Virus record (IMG/VR): IMGVR_UViG_3300021599_002733
DNA: 64,000 bases
Reading direction: 5' to 3' (one strand)
Origin: a virus
The notes beneath the pieces are model-generated. The model was not told where the DNA came from and made no database searches. It saw only the letters and a program-made list of their open reading frames with translations. Positions 52,319 through 64,000 of the stretch are shown piece by piece (the first letter of the stretch is position 1; every line of letters starts with the position of its first letter). Both the position numbers and the translations under genes were made by a program.

Positions 52319-53241
52319 AGTACTTGAGGTTTTTTAGCCTCTATGATTTTAGCTATACAAGAAGCTATATTAATTTCTTTATCGATTCTGAAGTTTGCTT
52401 GGTATAGGTGCTCGTTCAATATAATTGCTATCATACCTTCCTTTCCGGGTGCATATTTGGAGCTATATTCAAACAAAGAGCGGTATAGTTCTTCAAAGTC
52501 TTTTACTCCACTATCTGCTATAGTTTGTCTAATGGCTTTCCAATCTGGTTTTGATTGGGCTAGCTCTTTCAAAACGGATTTAATGTAGTTGTTTGCTACT
52601 AGAACTGTTTTATCCAATTGAATACAATCATCTTTTACAGACATTTGTAAAACGTTTAACATTTTACGCATGTCAGGATAATATTGTACAATTAGTGTTT
52701 TAAGATCTTCTGGCTCATATGAAATGTTCAATTGATCAGCTAGTATCCAAGTTAAATGGTTGTAAACGTCTTGTTTAGTTGGTGGTACAATTTTAAGTAC
52801 CTGACATCTGGATTGTAGTGGGTCAATTATTCGCTCTACAAAGTTACAGGTTAAGATAAAGCGTGTTGAGCGAGAGAATGTCTCTATTACGTTTCGAAGA
52901 GCGGCTTGTCCTTGAATGGTGATAAAATCTGCCTCGTCTAGAATTACTACTTTGATGCTTTTCCAAGATGCAGCGCTTGCAAACCCCTTTACTTTCTCTC
53001 TAATAGTGTCAATTCCGTTTTCATCGGATGCGTTTAACATGAGATAATCGCAATCTAGGTTTTTAACTATAATTTTGGCTAGAGTTGTTTTTCCCGTTCC
53101 TGCCGGAGCATAGAAAAGCATATTTGGTATATCGTTTTGATCAAGAAAACGCTGGATTGTATCTTTAACATGTTGGCTACCAACAAAATGTTCTAGGGTT
53201 GTGGGGCGAAATTTTTCATTAAATAAGGTGTTTTCCTTCAT
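52315..53241 (-). CDS. Clamp loader large subunit (RFC/gp44-like AAA+ ATPase)
   Basis: EKFRP, APAGTGKTT, LNASDE, ILDEAD, SRC. Confidence 0.92.
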   Translation of the reverse strand: MKENTLFNEKFRPTTLEHFVGSQHVKDTIQRFLDQNDIPNMLFYAPAGTGKTTLAKIIVKNLDCDYLMLNASDENGIDTIREKVKGFASAASWKSIKVVILDEADFITIQGQAALRNVIETFSRSTRFILTCNFVERIIDPLQSRCQVLKIVPPTKQDVYNHLTWILADQLNISYEPEDLKTLIVQYYPDMRKMLNVLQMSVKDDCIQLDKTVLVANNYIKSVLKELAQSKPDWKAIRQTIADSGVKDFEELYRSLFEYSSKYAPGKEGMIAIILNEHLYQANFRIDKEINIASCIAKIIEAKKPQVL

Positions 53242-53978
53242 AGTTGCAACTTGTTTTTTATAACCTTTTCGTTTAATTCATCTTCCCATAATCTAATAAG
53301 AAGTTGATTATTTTCCAAACAGATTTTGTTTTTCTTTAAATCGTTTTTTCTGCTTTTAATTTGAGAAAGGTTTAATTCATGTTCCTCTAAATTTTTTCCA
53401 TGCCAATAATTTCCATCTATTTCTACTAAAACATCCATATCTGTAAGATAAAAATCAAAGTGATGGTGTTTGAATTTGTAATTTTGGATATAAGGTATTC
53501 CCCATTCTTCCAAGTATTGTTTAAATATTCTTTCAGGTTTTGTATTCGTCTTAATTTCAGATAACGTATAATATAATGAATTGGCACAACTTCTACATAA
53601 ATGTTTATTTGTGGTTTTTTGAATACTATTTAATTGGGTATCACTTAAATTTTTCCGTTTGTGTTTTTTAATATTTCCACAGTTTGAGCAGGTTGAGGTA
53701 AATATTCTATCTTGTTTTTCCCCGTATTTGCTAATATGCCATTTTTTTACAGCACAACTATTACATTCTCTATTATTTTTAACTGCTATCCTATATGGGT
53801 CTCTTTGTAGGAGAGAAATTTTATTACATGTTGGGCAAGTATATTCAAATGTTTGTTTATTTGAAGATAACATACATGGTTTACATGTATTTCCTTTTCC
53901 GAATTTTCCTTTTTTGTTGTTGTAATATTGATCTAAATGTTTTGATTGTTTACAAACATTACATGTTTTGGTTTCCAT
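53238..53978 (-). mobile_element. Free-standing homing endonuclease (Zn fingers plus Vsr/DUF559-like nuclease)
   Basis: Several CxxC pairs; DFYL...LVEIDGNYWHG...ND..KN....LIRLWE. Confidence 0.75.
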
Positions 53979-53990
53979 AGTATAGTTTTA

Positions 53991-54074
53991 TTATACATAT
54001 TGAAGGTAATCCCTTTTTCGCCAAAGGCATTGACCATTTTGAAAACGCTCTACATATAACGTATTTTCTTTCAT
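53991..54074 (-). pseudogene. Remnant of the original clamp-loader 5' end
   Basis: MKENTLYVERF... versus intact MKENTLFNEKFRP; retains GGTTATG start and promoter at 54081. Confidence 0.7.
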
Positions 54075-54127
54075 AACCGTAATATACAAAAAAAGCTTGC
54101 AATTTGCAAGCCTTTTAAGTTAAAATT

Positions 54128-54685
54128 TTATTCTCCTTGTTTAAACCACCCAATATACCTTAACCTATTTTCAGGCCAATATCTATCCAATGTTGCTTTA
54201 TCTACTGGGGTGTCAAGCCATTTGTCTCTTAGTTGATAGTCAGTGTATCCACTTTTTGGGTCGCTATGGGAAACATGTACATTCCCATCCCTATCAGTGT
54301 TATAATAAGTGTTAGCTAGTTCATAGTATGTTGGGTCTGGTCTTCCACTTCCATTATCTGTTGTTAATGGGAGAAGATTTTTACTGTAGCGTTCTCTTGC
54401 TGTTCTATCTTCTGCATCTGATTCTTCTCGGTATGTTCTTACCCAATATTCACTACGAAGTTTGTTGAAGATTTTTGTAACTTTACTTTTTTCTTGTGGG
54501 GTCAAAGGACGACCCATTTTATCTTCAATAAAGCTTTTAACTTCGTATTCTCCATGGTATTTGTTTTCTTCAGTAAAAGGATTATCTTTTACATATTGAG
54601 CTACTTCAGCGGAAATATCAATTTCTTCTTTTAAGATTTTTTGAATTTCCTCTTTAATGATTTGTTTTAGTTGTTCCTTTTTCAT
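54128..54685 (-). CDS. Putative late protein with IIKEEI..LKEE leader
   Basis: ORF track; leader similar to that of 35003-35422. Confidence 0.65.
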   Translation of the reverse strand: MKKEQLKQIIKEEIQKILKEEIDISAEVAQYVKDNPFTEENKYHGEYEVKSFIEDKMGRPLTPQEKSKVTKIFNKLRSEYWVRTYREESDAEDRTARERYSKNLLPLTTDNGSGRPDPTYYELANTYYNTDRDGNVHVSHSDPKSGYTDYQLRDKWLDTPVDKATLDRYWPENRLRYIGWFKQGE

Positions 54686-54691
54686 TTCATT

Positions 54692-55672
54692 TTATTTTAT
54701 AATTCCTGCTCGTCTTAGCATTTGATATCTTTCAAAATCAAAATCTAAAGATTCTTTCAGTTTTGTTTTAAAGTCAAAAGCTATTGGTTGTAGAGCTGCT
54801 CTTTGAGATGCTGTTATACCTGTTACAACTAGTTTGTATTTTCTTTCCTCACCTTCATCAACAGGGGAAATTTCAAATTTTGCATTTGGAACGTCTCCAA
54901 GTTTTGCTTGCAATTGTTTACGAAGTTTATCTGCTTGATCAGCTGTGTTTACAGTGGTAGAAAGTGGTGGAACTTCCTCTGCTTTTGGTTTTTCTATAGT
55001 TTGTGGTGTTTCTGTATCACCTGCTTCTATGCTGATTACTGTATAGCCTACTCCAGCGTTATCAAATACAGTTTTTAATACTTTTTCAAGGTATGCTTTT
55101 GTATTGAATGGATTTTCCATAGAGGAAGGAAATATGATTTTCCCATCTTCTACTTTGTAGTTTACATCCTTTTCCAATTTACCAGCATATTTTTTCAAGT
55201 TTGCTGGGGTTTTCATTGGAAAGTAATTTGCTCCGTAACGGCCAACTAGCTCTTTTGGTAAACTTTTTCCAGGGAGAGAAAACAAGTAATCATTTAAACT
55301 ACCATCGTTTCCTTCTGCTTGCCATTTTTCATAGCCTGCTTCTGCTTCTTTTTCAGTAGCTGTCCATGCTTGGGGTACTCTATTTTTGATGTCTATAAGT
55401 TTGAATGCTTTTTCATCTTCCGAGCGAGAATCCCAGTCTTTCCAAGCAGCGCCTGCTTTTTGTGCAGGGATAGAAGGACCAAATGCTTTTGCAATAGCTT
55501 TAGGGTCGCGCATATTTTGCGCATATATACCGTAATTTTCAATGTTGTCTAGTGCTTTTAGAGCATCATCTAGTGATTCTGGGTCAATGGCTAGATCATA
55601 TTTGACACGAAGTTGTTTTTGGTCTCCACCTTCTTCATCTTCTATTTCACGTAGTATATCTGTTAATTTCAT
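54692..55672 (-). CDS. Putative late protein (MKLTDILRE... start, C-terminal MLRRAGIIK)
   Basis: Late motif at about 55676. Confidence 0.7.
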   Translation of the reverse strand: MKLTDILREIEDEEGGDQKQLRVKYDLAIDPESLDDALKALDNIENYGIYAQNMRDPKAIAKAFGPSIPAQKAGAAWKDWDSRSEDEKAFKLIDIKNRVPQAWTATEKEAEAGYEKWQAEGNDGSLNDYLFSLPGKSLPKELVGRYGANYFPMKTPANLKKYAGKLEKDVNYKVEDGKIIFPSSMENPFNTKAYLEKVLKTVFDNAGVGYTVISIEAGDTETPQTIEKPKAEEVPPLSTTVNTADQADKLRKQLQAKLGDVPNAKFEISPVDEGEERKYKLVVTGITASQRAALQPIAFDFKTKLKESLDFDFERYQMLRRAGIIK

Positions 55673-55683
55673 ACCTATAAATA

Positions 55684-55950
55684 TTAATAGTCTCCGTAAA
55701 TGTTAAAACGTTTGGGTGGTTCAGGTGGAGCTACTGGGATTTCTTCTGTTTCGATTCGGATAACAAATAGTTCACTGTTTAAAGGTTCCAACCTAAAATG
55801 AGCATTTTCACCTGTTTTCTGGAACCATGCCTCTAGGGTTTCAGTTAGGGAGCCATGTTCTTCTGTCTCCCCAACCAAACACCACGTATCACCTTTTCCT
55901 TTTACGCGTGTGGCGATCAATTCGTTGTATTCTACTTCTTGTGTTTCCAT
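55684..55950 (-). CDS. Hypothetical protein
   Basis: ORF track. Confidence 0.65.
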   Translation of the reverse strand: METQEVEYNELIATRVKGKGDTWCLVGETEEHGSLTETLEAWFQKTGENAHFRLEPLNSELFVIRIETEEIPVAPPEPPKRFNIYGDY

Positions 55951-55951
55951 A

Positions 55952-57892
<1,941 letters not shown>

Positions 57893-57896
<4 letters not shown>

Positions 57897-58255
57897 ATTT
57901 CGATTGATTTTAATAGATTGTCTAATCCGGTTTTAACTTCTTTCCAAGTTGCAATATATCCTTTGATAGAGGAATATTCACCTTGGTTTTGATAGAATTT
58001 TTGTTTTGCAATACTGTTGAGGGCATTTGAAAAGCTACTGTAGTATCCAACAACTTTTTCTTGTTCTTTACCTGTTGCTTCTTTTCCTCCAAATCCACGA
58101 GTAGAAACAACTGTTTCCATTACGGTAAAGTTTGTAGCGTCTTTGACAATATAGAAAGGCTCCATTGAAGGATCCTTGATTGTGCAAAGTGTAGATTGTG
58201 GATCAACATTTTCGCCTCTAGCGGGACGACCGCGTCGTGTTTTTGTTTCTTGCAT
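57893..58255 (-). CDS. Hypothetical protein with N-terminal RRGRP (AT-hook-like)
   Basis: ORF track. Confidence 0.65.
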
Positions 58256-58316
58256 AACTATACTTTAAATTTATAACTGTAATATACGAAAACTATTTTA
58301 AATAGACAAGCTATTT

Positions 58317-58746
58317 TTATAAAGAATTTAAATATGATATAACTTCAAATAAAGTATCTCGTATTTCATTTTCCCATCTAGAATCAGGTTCAATATCAGG
58401 GAGATAATTAGATGCCATCCATAAATCTACAACACTAGTATATAATCTTTGTAAATCATTTATGGCTTTTGTGGATAATTTATTATTATTTTTAAATTCA
58501 ACAATTTTAGAATCAACATATTGAATTAAATCTAAAATAGATTTATTATCTTCTTGAAGATTAAACATCATACCCTTCATCTTTCATTGTATTTTTTAAA
58601 TTATTTAGGGCTTTTCGTACACCTTCAACATAATTTTTATACCATAGTTGGGATTTTTGATATGTATATTCTTCTTCAGTAATTACACCTGCCAATTTTT
58701 GCATTTGAAGATATTCTTCGTTTAATTGCTCTTCTTGGTTTTCCAT
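58317..58746 (-). CDS. Leader-motif protein, apparently split into 58561-58746 and 58317-58580
   Basis: LNEEYLQMQKLAGVITEEEY; overlapping frames. Confidence 0.55.
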
Positions 58747-58759
58747 TTTATTATACATA

Positions 58760-59494
58760 TTAAAAAGCTCTGTCTTCTTTTCTTACCATATAATATTCAC
58801 TGCGAGAATCTCCACTAGTGAATTCTAGTTTCATCAAACCACTAGCGTTCAAATATAATTTACCTTCTTTCAAATCCTTGTTTATATTCAATATGTTTTT
58901 AAACTGGTTAGAGTTGAATGGTAGTTTAATGTTGTCTTTTTCTATTTTACCATATAGCTGGTATGTAATTTTGTTGTTGTGGCCATTTTCATCTCCAAAT
59001 GTAAATAAGCACATTTTGTCTCCGTTCAAATCTATTTCGGTAGAAACTACCATATTGTCGATGTCTCCAAGTGCTGTTTTTGCTTTAACAAGGTTAAGCA
59101 AATCTTCCGAGTCAAGGGGAAATGTAGCATCCCATTCCATCTCTGTTACAGTTCCTACTTTGGATATTAAAAGCGGGTCTGCTAAAGCATATGTTAGGTT
59201 AAATTTGCTGTCTTGAAAATGTAGTTTGGTTGGTATGCTTTTGTGTTTTTCCAATTCAACAAGTAATTCACCTTGTGTGATGTTGAGCAAGCTCAAGAAT
59301 TTTTTAGTGTCAAAGATGGCTAGCTCACAATCCTCAATGTCAATGTTTTGACAGGTGATTTTACCTATAACTTCTTTGTTTATAGACATAAAGTCTATTG
59401 TGAGTGTTTTGTCTTTGATTATCCACTTGACGGATTCGTTTTCGCCCAAGTAGTATTTGTTGATTGCTGCTTGTAAAACTAATTTATTAACCAT
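58760..59494 (-). CDS. Sliding clamp (gp45-like)
   Basis: Size, AIFDTKKFLSLL...Y.LADP..I pattern and replication context. Confidence 0.65.
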   Translation of the reverse strand: MVNKLVLQAAINKYYLGENESVKWIIKDKTLTIDFMSINKEVIGKITCQNIDIEDCELAIFDTKKFLSLLNITQGELLVELEKHKSIPTKLHFQDSKFNLTYALADPLLISKVGTVTEMEWDATFPLDSEDLLNLVKAKTALGDIDNMVVSTEIDLNGDKMCLFTFGDENGHNNKITYQLYGKIEKDNIKLPFNSNQFKNILNINKDLKEGKLYLNASGLMKLEFTSGDSRSEYYMVRKEDRAF

Positions 59495-59555
59495 GTGTTA
59501 AAGATAAGAAAAAGCCTGTCGGTAGACAAGCTTTTCTATAAGATTTATTTATTGA

Positions 59556-59885
59556 TTAACGATAATCATTATAATAAACAGTTTTACCTGCTATATCCAT
59601 TGATTCTACTTTATTATATGGGTCCCCTTCAGGGAAAAGTTCTAACATATGTTCTTTATCAAAAGAAATATCTATACCTTCTTCTCCATCACCAGCAGTT
59701 GCTACTTTTGGATCACCCATAGTTTCAAAGTTAGAAAAAACATCACCTAATTTAGATGTAATTTCATCCATATTCTGATTTAGAAAATCAGCTATATTTC
59801 CTTCAGTTTCATTTAATTTTGCTTTGTATTCACTTTCAGTGATTAAACCAGCTAGTTTTTGCATGTGTAAAAATTCTTTGTTCAT
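59556..59885 (-). CDS. Putative late protein with MNKEFLHMQKLAGLITESEY leader
   Basis: Leader near-identical to that of 51678-52076. Confidence 0.7.
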   Translation of the reverse strand: MNKEFLHMQKLAGLITESEYKAKLNETEGNIADFLNQNMDEITSKLGDVFSNFETMGDPKVATAGDGEEGIDISFDKEHMLELFPEGDPYNKVESMDIAGKTVYYNDYR

Positions 59886-59932
59886 ATCGTTTTGTTTTAT
59901 TTTATTATATATATTATGAAATATAAGAAAAG

Positions 59933-60640
59933 TCACTTATACTTCCAAATAAAACCCCCAGCTTGTTTTTGTTTCCCCGAAAGGCACCCTGCTATGTCTC
60001 CAGATCCTAGCCATTTTTTTGCTTCTGCCCGGCTGGTCCATTCTTTTATAAAATTACCTTCTAGGTCATGTTGAGTTATAGGTTTATTGTTGCGGGTTTT
60101 TCCTCTACTTGAATTGCTTATGTTTTGTTTATGTTGTTCTGTTTTAGGGATACCTTGGAGTTTTATTCCAACTTGAGGTTTCTTTTTGCCTTTATTTCCC
60201 TCCCCTATTTTTTTATTTCTAGTGAGATGTGAAGATATTTTAGCTCCAAATTCTTTGGGTCGTTTTATCCCTTTAGGGTAACCATTTGTTCCCATTTTCT
60301 TTTGGGATATTTTCCTTGCCCATTCGGGTTTATATTCTCTTTCTAAGGTATATTTTTGAATTTTTCTTTTAGCTTCTTCGGTTTGAAATTCAGGCCCACC
60401 CCCACCTTTTTTTCTTAGGTTTACTACTTCGAACCCCCATTGTCTAAATTGTTCTATCCAATATGATTCAATAGGGCCCCAATCTTTACGATCTAAACTA
60501 TTTATTTCATCTATGTAAATATAAATAATTTGAGAACCGTAAGTTTTGATATGGTCATTCTTCCTTGAATTTTTTGTTTTTCCGATATAAACTTTGTTGG
60601 GGTCGCCGTAACAGTTTGTTACAAGGTATATTTTTGTCAT
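59933..60640 (-). mobile_element. GIY-YIG homing endonuclease with NUMOD3/NUMOD1-like DNA-binding modules
   Basis: KIYLVTN...VYIGKT, E.YWI, KTEQHKQNIS, QHDLEGNFIKEW...AGGFIWKY. Confidence 0.82.
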
Positions 60641-60687
60641 ATGTATTATCGTATTATTGTCCGATTATACATATTGAAAAATTACAG

Positions 60688-60716
60688 AAGAGCGCAAGAA
60701 ATTGCGCTCTTTTTTA
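60688..60716. terminator. Hairpin terminator after the DNA polymerase gene
   Basis: aagagcgcaa-gaaa-ttgcgctctt. Confidence 0.7.
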
Positions 60717-63443
60717 TGAAAATGCAAAGAATTGTGATCTATAAGGGTTTAAAGAGAGTTCCCATCCAATATCATCATACACAGTTTGAAGTTTGTTACG
60801 GATTACACTATCAAATAGTCCATCCCTATCTATATAGGTGTCTATTAACTGAGTGATTTCTGGTGGATCGTTATATCCGTTATAGCCTATAACATCTATT
60901 TTGTATGGGTTTGGTTTTAAATATGCTATATACATCTTATCTCCAATTGTAAATTCAGGGTATTTACGTTGGAGGTTTTTAAATTTAAGTAGATCATTAT
61001 ATATAATACTTGCTTTCGTATTGATTGGACATTTCAATTTGAGTTTAGAGAATAATTCACCAGCCATAGGCTTACGCTCAATATACTCGTCTAGTTTTTT
61101 CAATCCAGTTGGTTTAAGCAACTTTATCCACTCTATAGTGTGCATTGAATTTTTAAAGTCCATTACAAACTTGTCAATTTCGGTTTTGGATTTACCAAAC
61201 AGTATACTTTTGATTAGCTCTTCTCCAAAGTTTCTAAAGTATGGAGGGAAATTGGATTTCATGATGTCCAACCCTTTCATCTCTAGTTCCTCGATTTCTA
61301 CACCTTCTTTGTTTACAATGTAAATAGCGTAACGGCGTTTACCAGCCCAATATGCTTTTTCAGCAATTACTTCCTGCTTTAACACAAAGTGGTGTTTACC
61401 AGTCATATTGAACAGATCATGCGTTATACTGTTTAAGTTTGCATTTGCAACATCCTGTAGTTCCTCTGTTAATATCAACAATCGTTTAATTTTTTCTTCA
61501 CGATCATTGTAGTTTAGATCAGGGTTACGGTGTTTGAGCAGATCTGTAAGTTCCATGTAGAGCGAATCTGTATCTGATGCGATAACAAATTCCTTTGGTT
61601 CAATGTTTAATTGGTTGGATATATAGTTGTTTACAAATATGATTGACTCTTTCGTAAGTCTTTGTCCGCTGTTTGTAATAGCGGCAGAACATATTTTAAA
61701 TCCATCTGTAAAACGCCATGAATTAATAGCGTATGTACCGTACAATGCATTTTGTAAGATTTTAAATGCCATTTGGTACAAATCATATAGTTTGTAGTTT
61801 GCCCAATCTTCTGCTTTACCTGCTGTTTTCTTAAGTGCTCTATAGTGCTCTCTTTGATCGAACCAATCCTCTAATACCTCACATGCTATACTTTTTTTAT
61901 CTGTTCTGAATAAGGCTCCACTAGCTGATATGGTCCAATTGTTTTGTTCAATTAGTTCTATAAGGTTAGAGGTAGCAATGGTAGCATCCTTTAAAACATA
62001 TCGTTTTTTGTCTAGTTTTTGGATGTGTATTTTTTCTTCCGGATCACGTTTACGTAACTGCTCAAGTGAATTGTATTGTTCATAGTTGTTTTTTGTAACA
62101 ATTCTACCCATTAAAGTTTCAACACCCAAATTCAATGATTTGATAATTGAAGGATATAGCGAGGTAAAGTCAAGGTCAGATACATCCGAATATAGTCCTG
62201 GTTTAGGGTCAAGTAAATATCCTCCAGCGTACGAATCGTATTTACGGACTGTTTTGATGTTGCGCTGTAGATATTTGTTTGATAGGGTTTTAACAACTAC
62301 TGTTTTATCCTCTATACTGTAGATATGGCCTTCAATTGTTGGGGTTCCTCGTTGTTGTACAACATGATCTCCCACTTCCAATTCTCTAATGGTAGGGTTT
62401 GTGGTGGTTGGTTTGTTTGGCGCTACTATACCTTTACGTTTCAAGTATGTTAATATTGCACCTTCATTTAATGCAGTATTATAGTAGATAGATTCGTATG
62501 GTGTATGACATAGGTGGGAGATCAAGATAGTCAATTCAATGAATTTTTGTTTTTCCTCTAGCGCCTCTATAATTTCAACATCTCGAATGTTGTATTCAAC
62601 ATATTTGAGTGGGTCTTCTTTAAACAATGTATCTAAATTACCATTGTATTCTATTTTACCTAGTTTAGCATATTTTAAACCAACATCACCCAACTTGTAT
62701 GATGATTCTTCTTTCATGATATACTTTTTTAACAAAAGCATATAATCTAGGCTGTTAACTAGTCCAATTGAAATTGGAGAGTTCGGGTTATAGATATTTT
62801 CATTGATTTTACCCACAGGAGATAAACGAAATACTTCATCCCCCAAACGCTTTTTAATACGGTAGTATAGGTATGGAATATCAAAGAAATCACTGTTGTA
62901 TCCTACAACAATGGTTGGATCAATTTGTTCCCATTTGTTTAAAAACTTGCGGATAAGATCATCCTCGCTTTTACAAGATACAATTTGCTTACCTTCAACT
63001 GTTGTGGTTTGAATGTTTTGCTGTTTATCTAAGATAAAACATATTTTTTCCTTTGCTCTAACATCAATTAAAGCAATAGCGGTTATTTCAGCATTTGCTT
63101 CCCTGATGGTGGTTGGTGTAAGAGCACCTAAAATTTCAATCTCAATATCCAGATACACTGTGTTGTGGTATTCTGGCATATCATCTGTTTTGTAGTATAG
63201 ATCGCGTAGTAAAACTAGTTCACGGTCAATATCTTTCTCTAAGATGTTTGGATTTGTTTTATCATATTTGCCTTGGAAAGGGGAGCATCTTTCTCCAAAG
63301 AGCGTTTCACACTCCCCTTCATTGTCTATTTTGTAGAGTGTAGGCCAATATTGAAAGCAATTGATACCTTTTTTATCATCACGTATATAGTAATGGTATT
63401 GATCATCGCCAGGTTGGCGGTTATAGTAAATTGCTTGGTACAT
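60714..63443 (-). CDS. Family B DNA polymerase (gp43-like)
   Basis: ExoI DIEIE, ExoII YNSDFFD, ExoIII YNIRD, DFTSLYPS, KILQNALYG, SDTDS. Confidence 0.96.
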   Translation of the reverse strand: MYQAIYYNRQPGDDQYHYYIRDDKKGINCFQYWPTLYKIDNEGECETLFGERCSPFQGKYDKTNPNILEKDIDRELVLLRDLYYKTDDMPEYHNTVYLDIEIEILGALTPTTIREANAEITAIALIDVRAKEKICFILDKQQNIQTTTVEGKQIVSCKSEDDLIRKFLNKWEQIDPTIVVGYNSDFFDIPYLYYRIKKRLGDEVFRLSPVGKINENIYNPNSPISIGLVNSLDYMLLLKKYIMKEESSYKLGDVGLKYAKLGKIEYNGNLDTLFKEDPLKYVEYNIRDVEIIEALEEKQKFIELTILISHLCHTPYESIYYNTALNEGAILTYLKRKGIVAPNKPTTTNPTIRELEVGDHVVQQRGTPTIEGHIYSIEDKTVVVKTLSNKYLQRNIKTVRKYDSYAGGYLLDPKPGLYSDVSDLDFTSLYPSIIKSLNLGVETLMGRIVTKNNYEQYNSLEQLRKRDPEEKIHIQKLDKKRYVLKDATIATSNLIELIEQNNWTISASGALFRTDKKSIACEVLEDWFDQREHYRALKKTAGKAEDWANYKLYDLYQMAFKILQNALYGTYAINSWRFTDGFKICSAAITNSGQRLTKESIIFVNNYISNQLNIEPKEFVIASDTDSLYMELTDLLKHRNPDLNYNDREEKIKRLLILTEELQDVANANLNSITHDLFNMTGKHHFVLKQEVIAEKAYWAGKRRYAIYIVNKEGVEIEELEMKGLDIMKSNFPPYFRNFGEELIKSILFGKSKTEIDKFVMDFKNSMHTIEWIKLLKPTGLKKLDEYIERKPMAGELFSKLKLKCPINTKASIIYNDLLKFKNLQRKYPEFTIGDKMYIAYLKPNPYKIDVIGYNGYNDPPEITQLIDTYIDRDGLFDSVIRNKLQTVYDDIGWELSLNPYRSQFFAFS

Positions 63444-63463
63444 AACTTTTATTTAAAGTAAAA

Positions 63464-63712
63464 TTACTTTTTGGTTGTCTTTTTAACTACTTTAGTTTCA
63501 ACTGTTTCTTCCACAGCTGTATCTTCTACAACTACATCTTCTACAATTACTGCATCTTCAATAACCGGTGTTGATTTTTTAGCTACTGGTTGTGGGTTTA
63601 ATGTTGCTTCTAGTTCGTTAATCAAGTTAGACATTTCTGTAAAACGAATGTTTGGTTGAGACCAATTCAATTGGTGTTTCAATTCTTGGATGATTTCTTG
63701 TGCGTTTCTCAT
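63464..63712 (-). CDS. Hypothetical protein
   Basis: ORF track. Confidence 0.6.
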   Translation of the reverse strand: MRNAQEIIQELKHQLNWSQPNIRFTEMSNLINELEATLNPQPVAKKSTPVIEDAVIVEDVVVEDTAVEETVETKVVKKTTKK

Positions 63713-63715
63713 ATA

Positions 63716-64000
63716 TTATTGGTTTAAAAATTTACTTAAATCTGGTCTAAAGTAGTTGATGTTTTTCATCACTTTTTTGTCAGAGCTTCTATAGACGATA
63801 TAATATGACCCAACCTTTTCATAGTGACATGGTTCGCCTTGTTCTTTGGATCGTACCTCAACTGTAGTCTGCGCTTCTTCTTCACTTGTACAAGCTTTGC
63901 TAAGATTCGAGGCTTGTACTTCTTGATACGCGGGCCATACTTTATCCTTAAGGCCATGTAGCATAGCCCCATTACCAAGCGAGACATAGGTAATGTCACA
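63716..64000 (-). CDS. MazG/PRA-PH-like nucleotide pyrophosphohydrolase (C-terminal part)
   Basis: Frame open to the window edge: CDITYVSLG.G...EVQASNLSK...KVMK..NYF.PDL. Confidence 0.65.
   Translation of the reverse strand, partial: CDITYVSLGNGAMLHGLKDKVWPAYQEVQASNLSKACTSEEEAQTTVEVRSKEQGEPCHYEKVGSYYIVYRSSDKKVMKNINYFRPDLSKFLNQ

Noticed and set aside
60714-63443. Intein or intron in the DNA polymerase
   Set aside because: Continuous ORF with all motifs; no C...HN splice junctions

Overview
64 kb of an AT-rich, large tailed dsDNA phage genome with T4-like replication genes. The host is probably Bacteroidota (Flavobacteria-like): starts lack Shine-Dalgarno sites and use an A-rich AAAA(G/A)GTTATG motif, some promoters look like TTG..TAnnTT, and one gene encodes a T9SS-type cargo protein. 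Essentially all genes are on the minus strand. Layout: 1-4.4 kb has a sigma-like factor, an HD hydrolase and a T5orf172 protein. 4.4-4.8 kb and 9.6-10.1 kb are non-coding with G-tracts. 4.8-24.5 kb is a dense early region of small ORFs, most with their own promoter of fixed geometry (GGA-N24-TATATT, about 44 copies counted by eye in the window). 25-29 kb has the T9SS-like protein, three tRNAs and an unexplained structured RNA. 39-48 kb is a glycosylation cluster. 48-64 kb has a nuclease, clamp loader, GroES/EL, sliding clamp, PolB and two homing endonucleases, interleaved with putative late proteins sharing an MQKLAG(I/L/V)ITE motif. Best novelty candidates: (1) a tRNA-like RNA with an aberrant anticodon arm, followed by a segment antisense to the translation-start motif shared by the early genes; (2) the promoter/terminator cassette system; (3) the ~340-nt multi-hairpin RNA beside tRNA-Glu; (4) an ORF enclosed by a boxA-like processing stem; (5) the modular leader-peptide cassettes. 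All calls are from manual motif reading; no database searches or folding programs were run.
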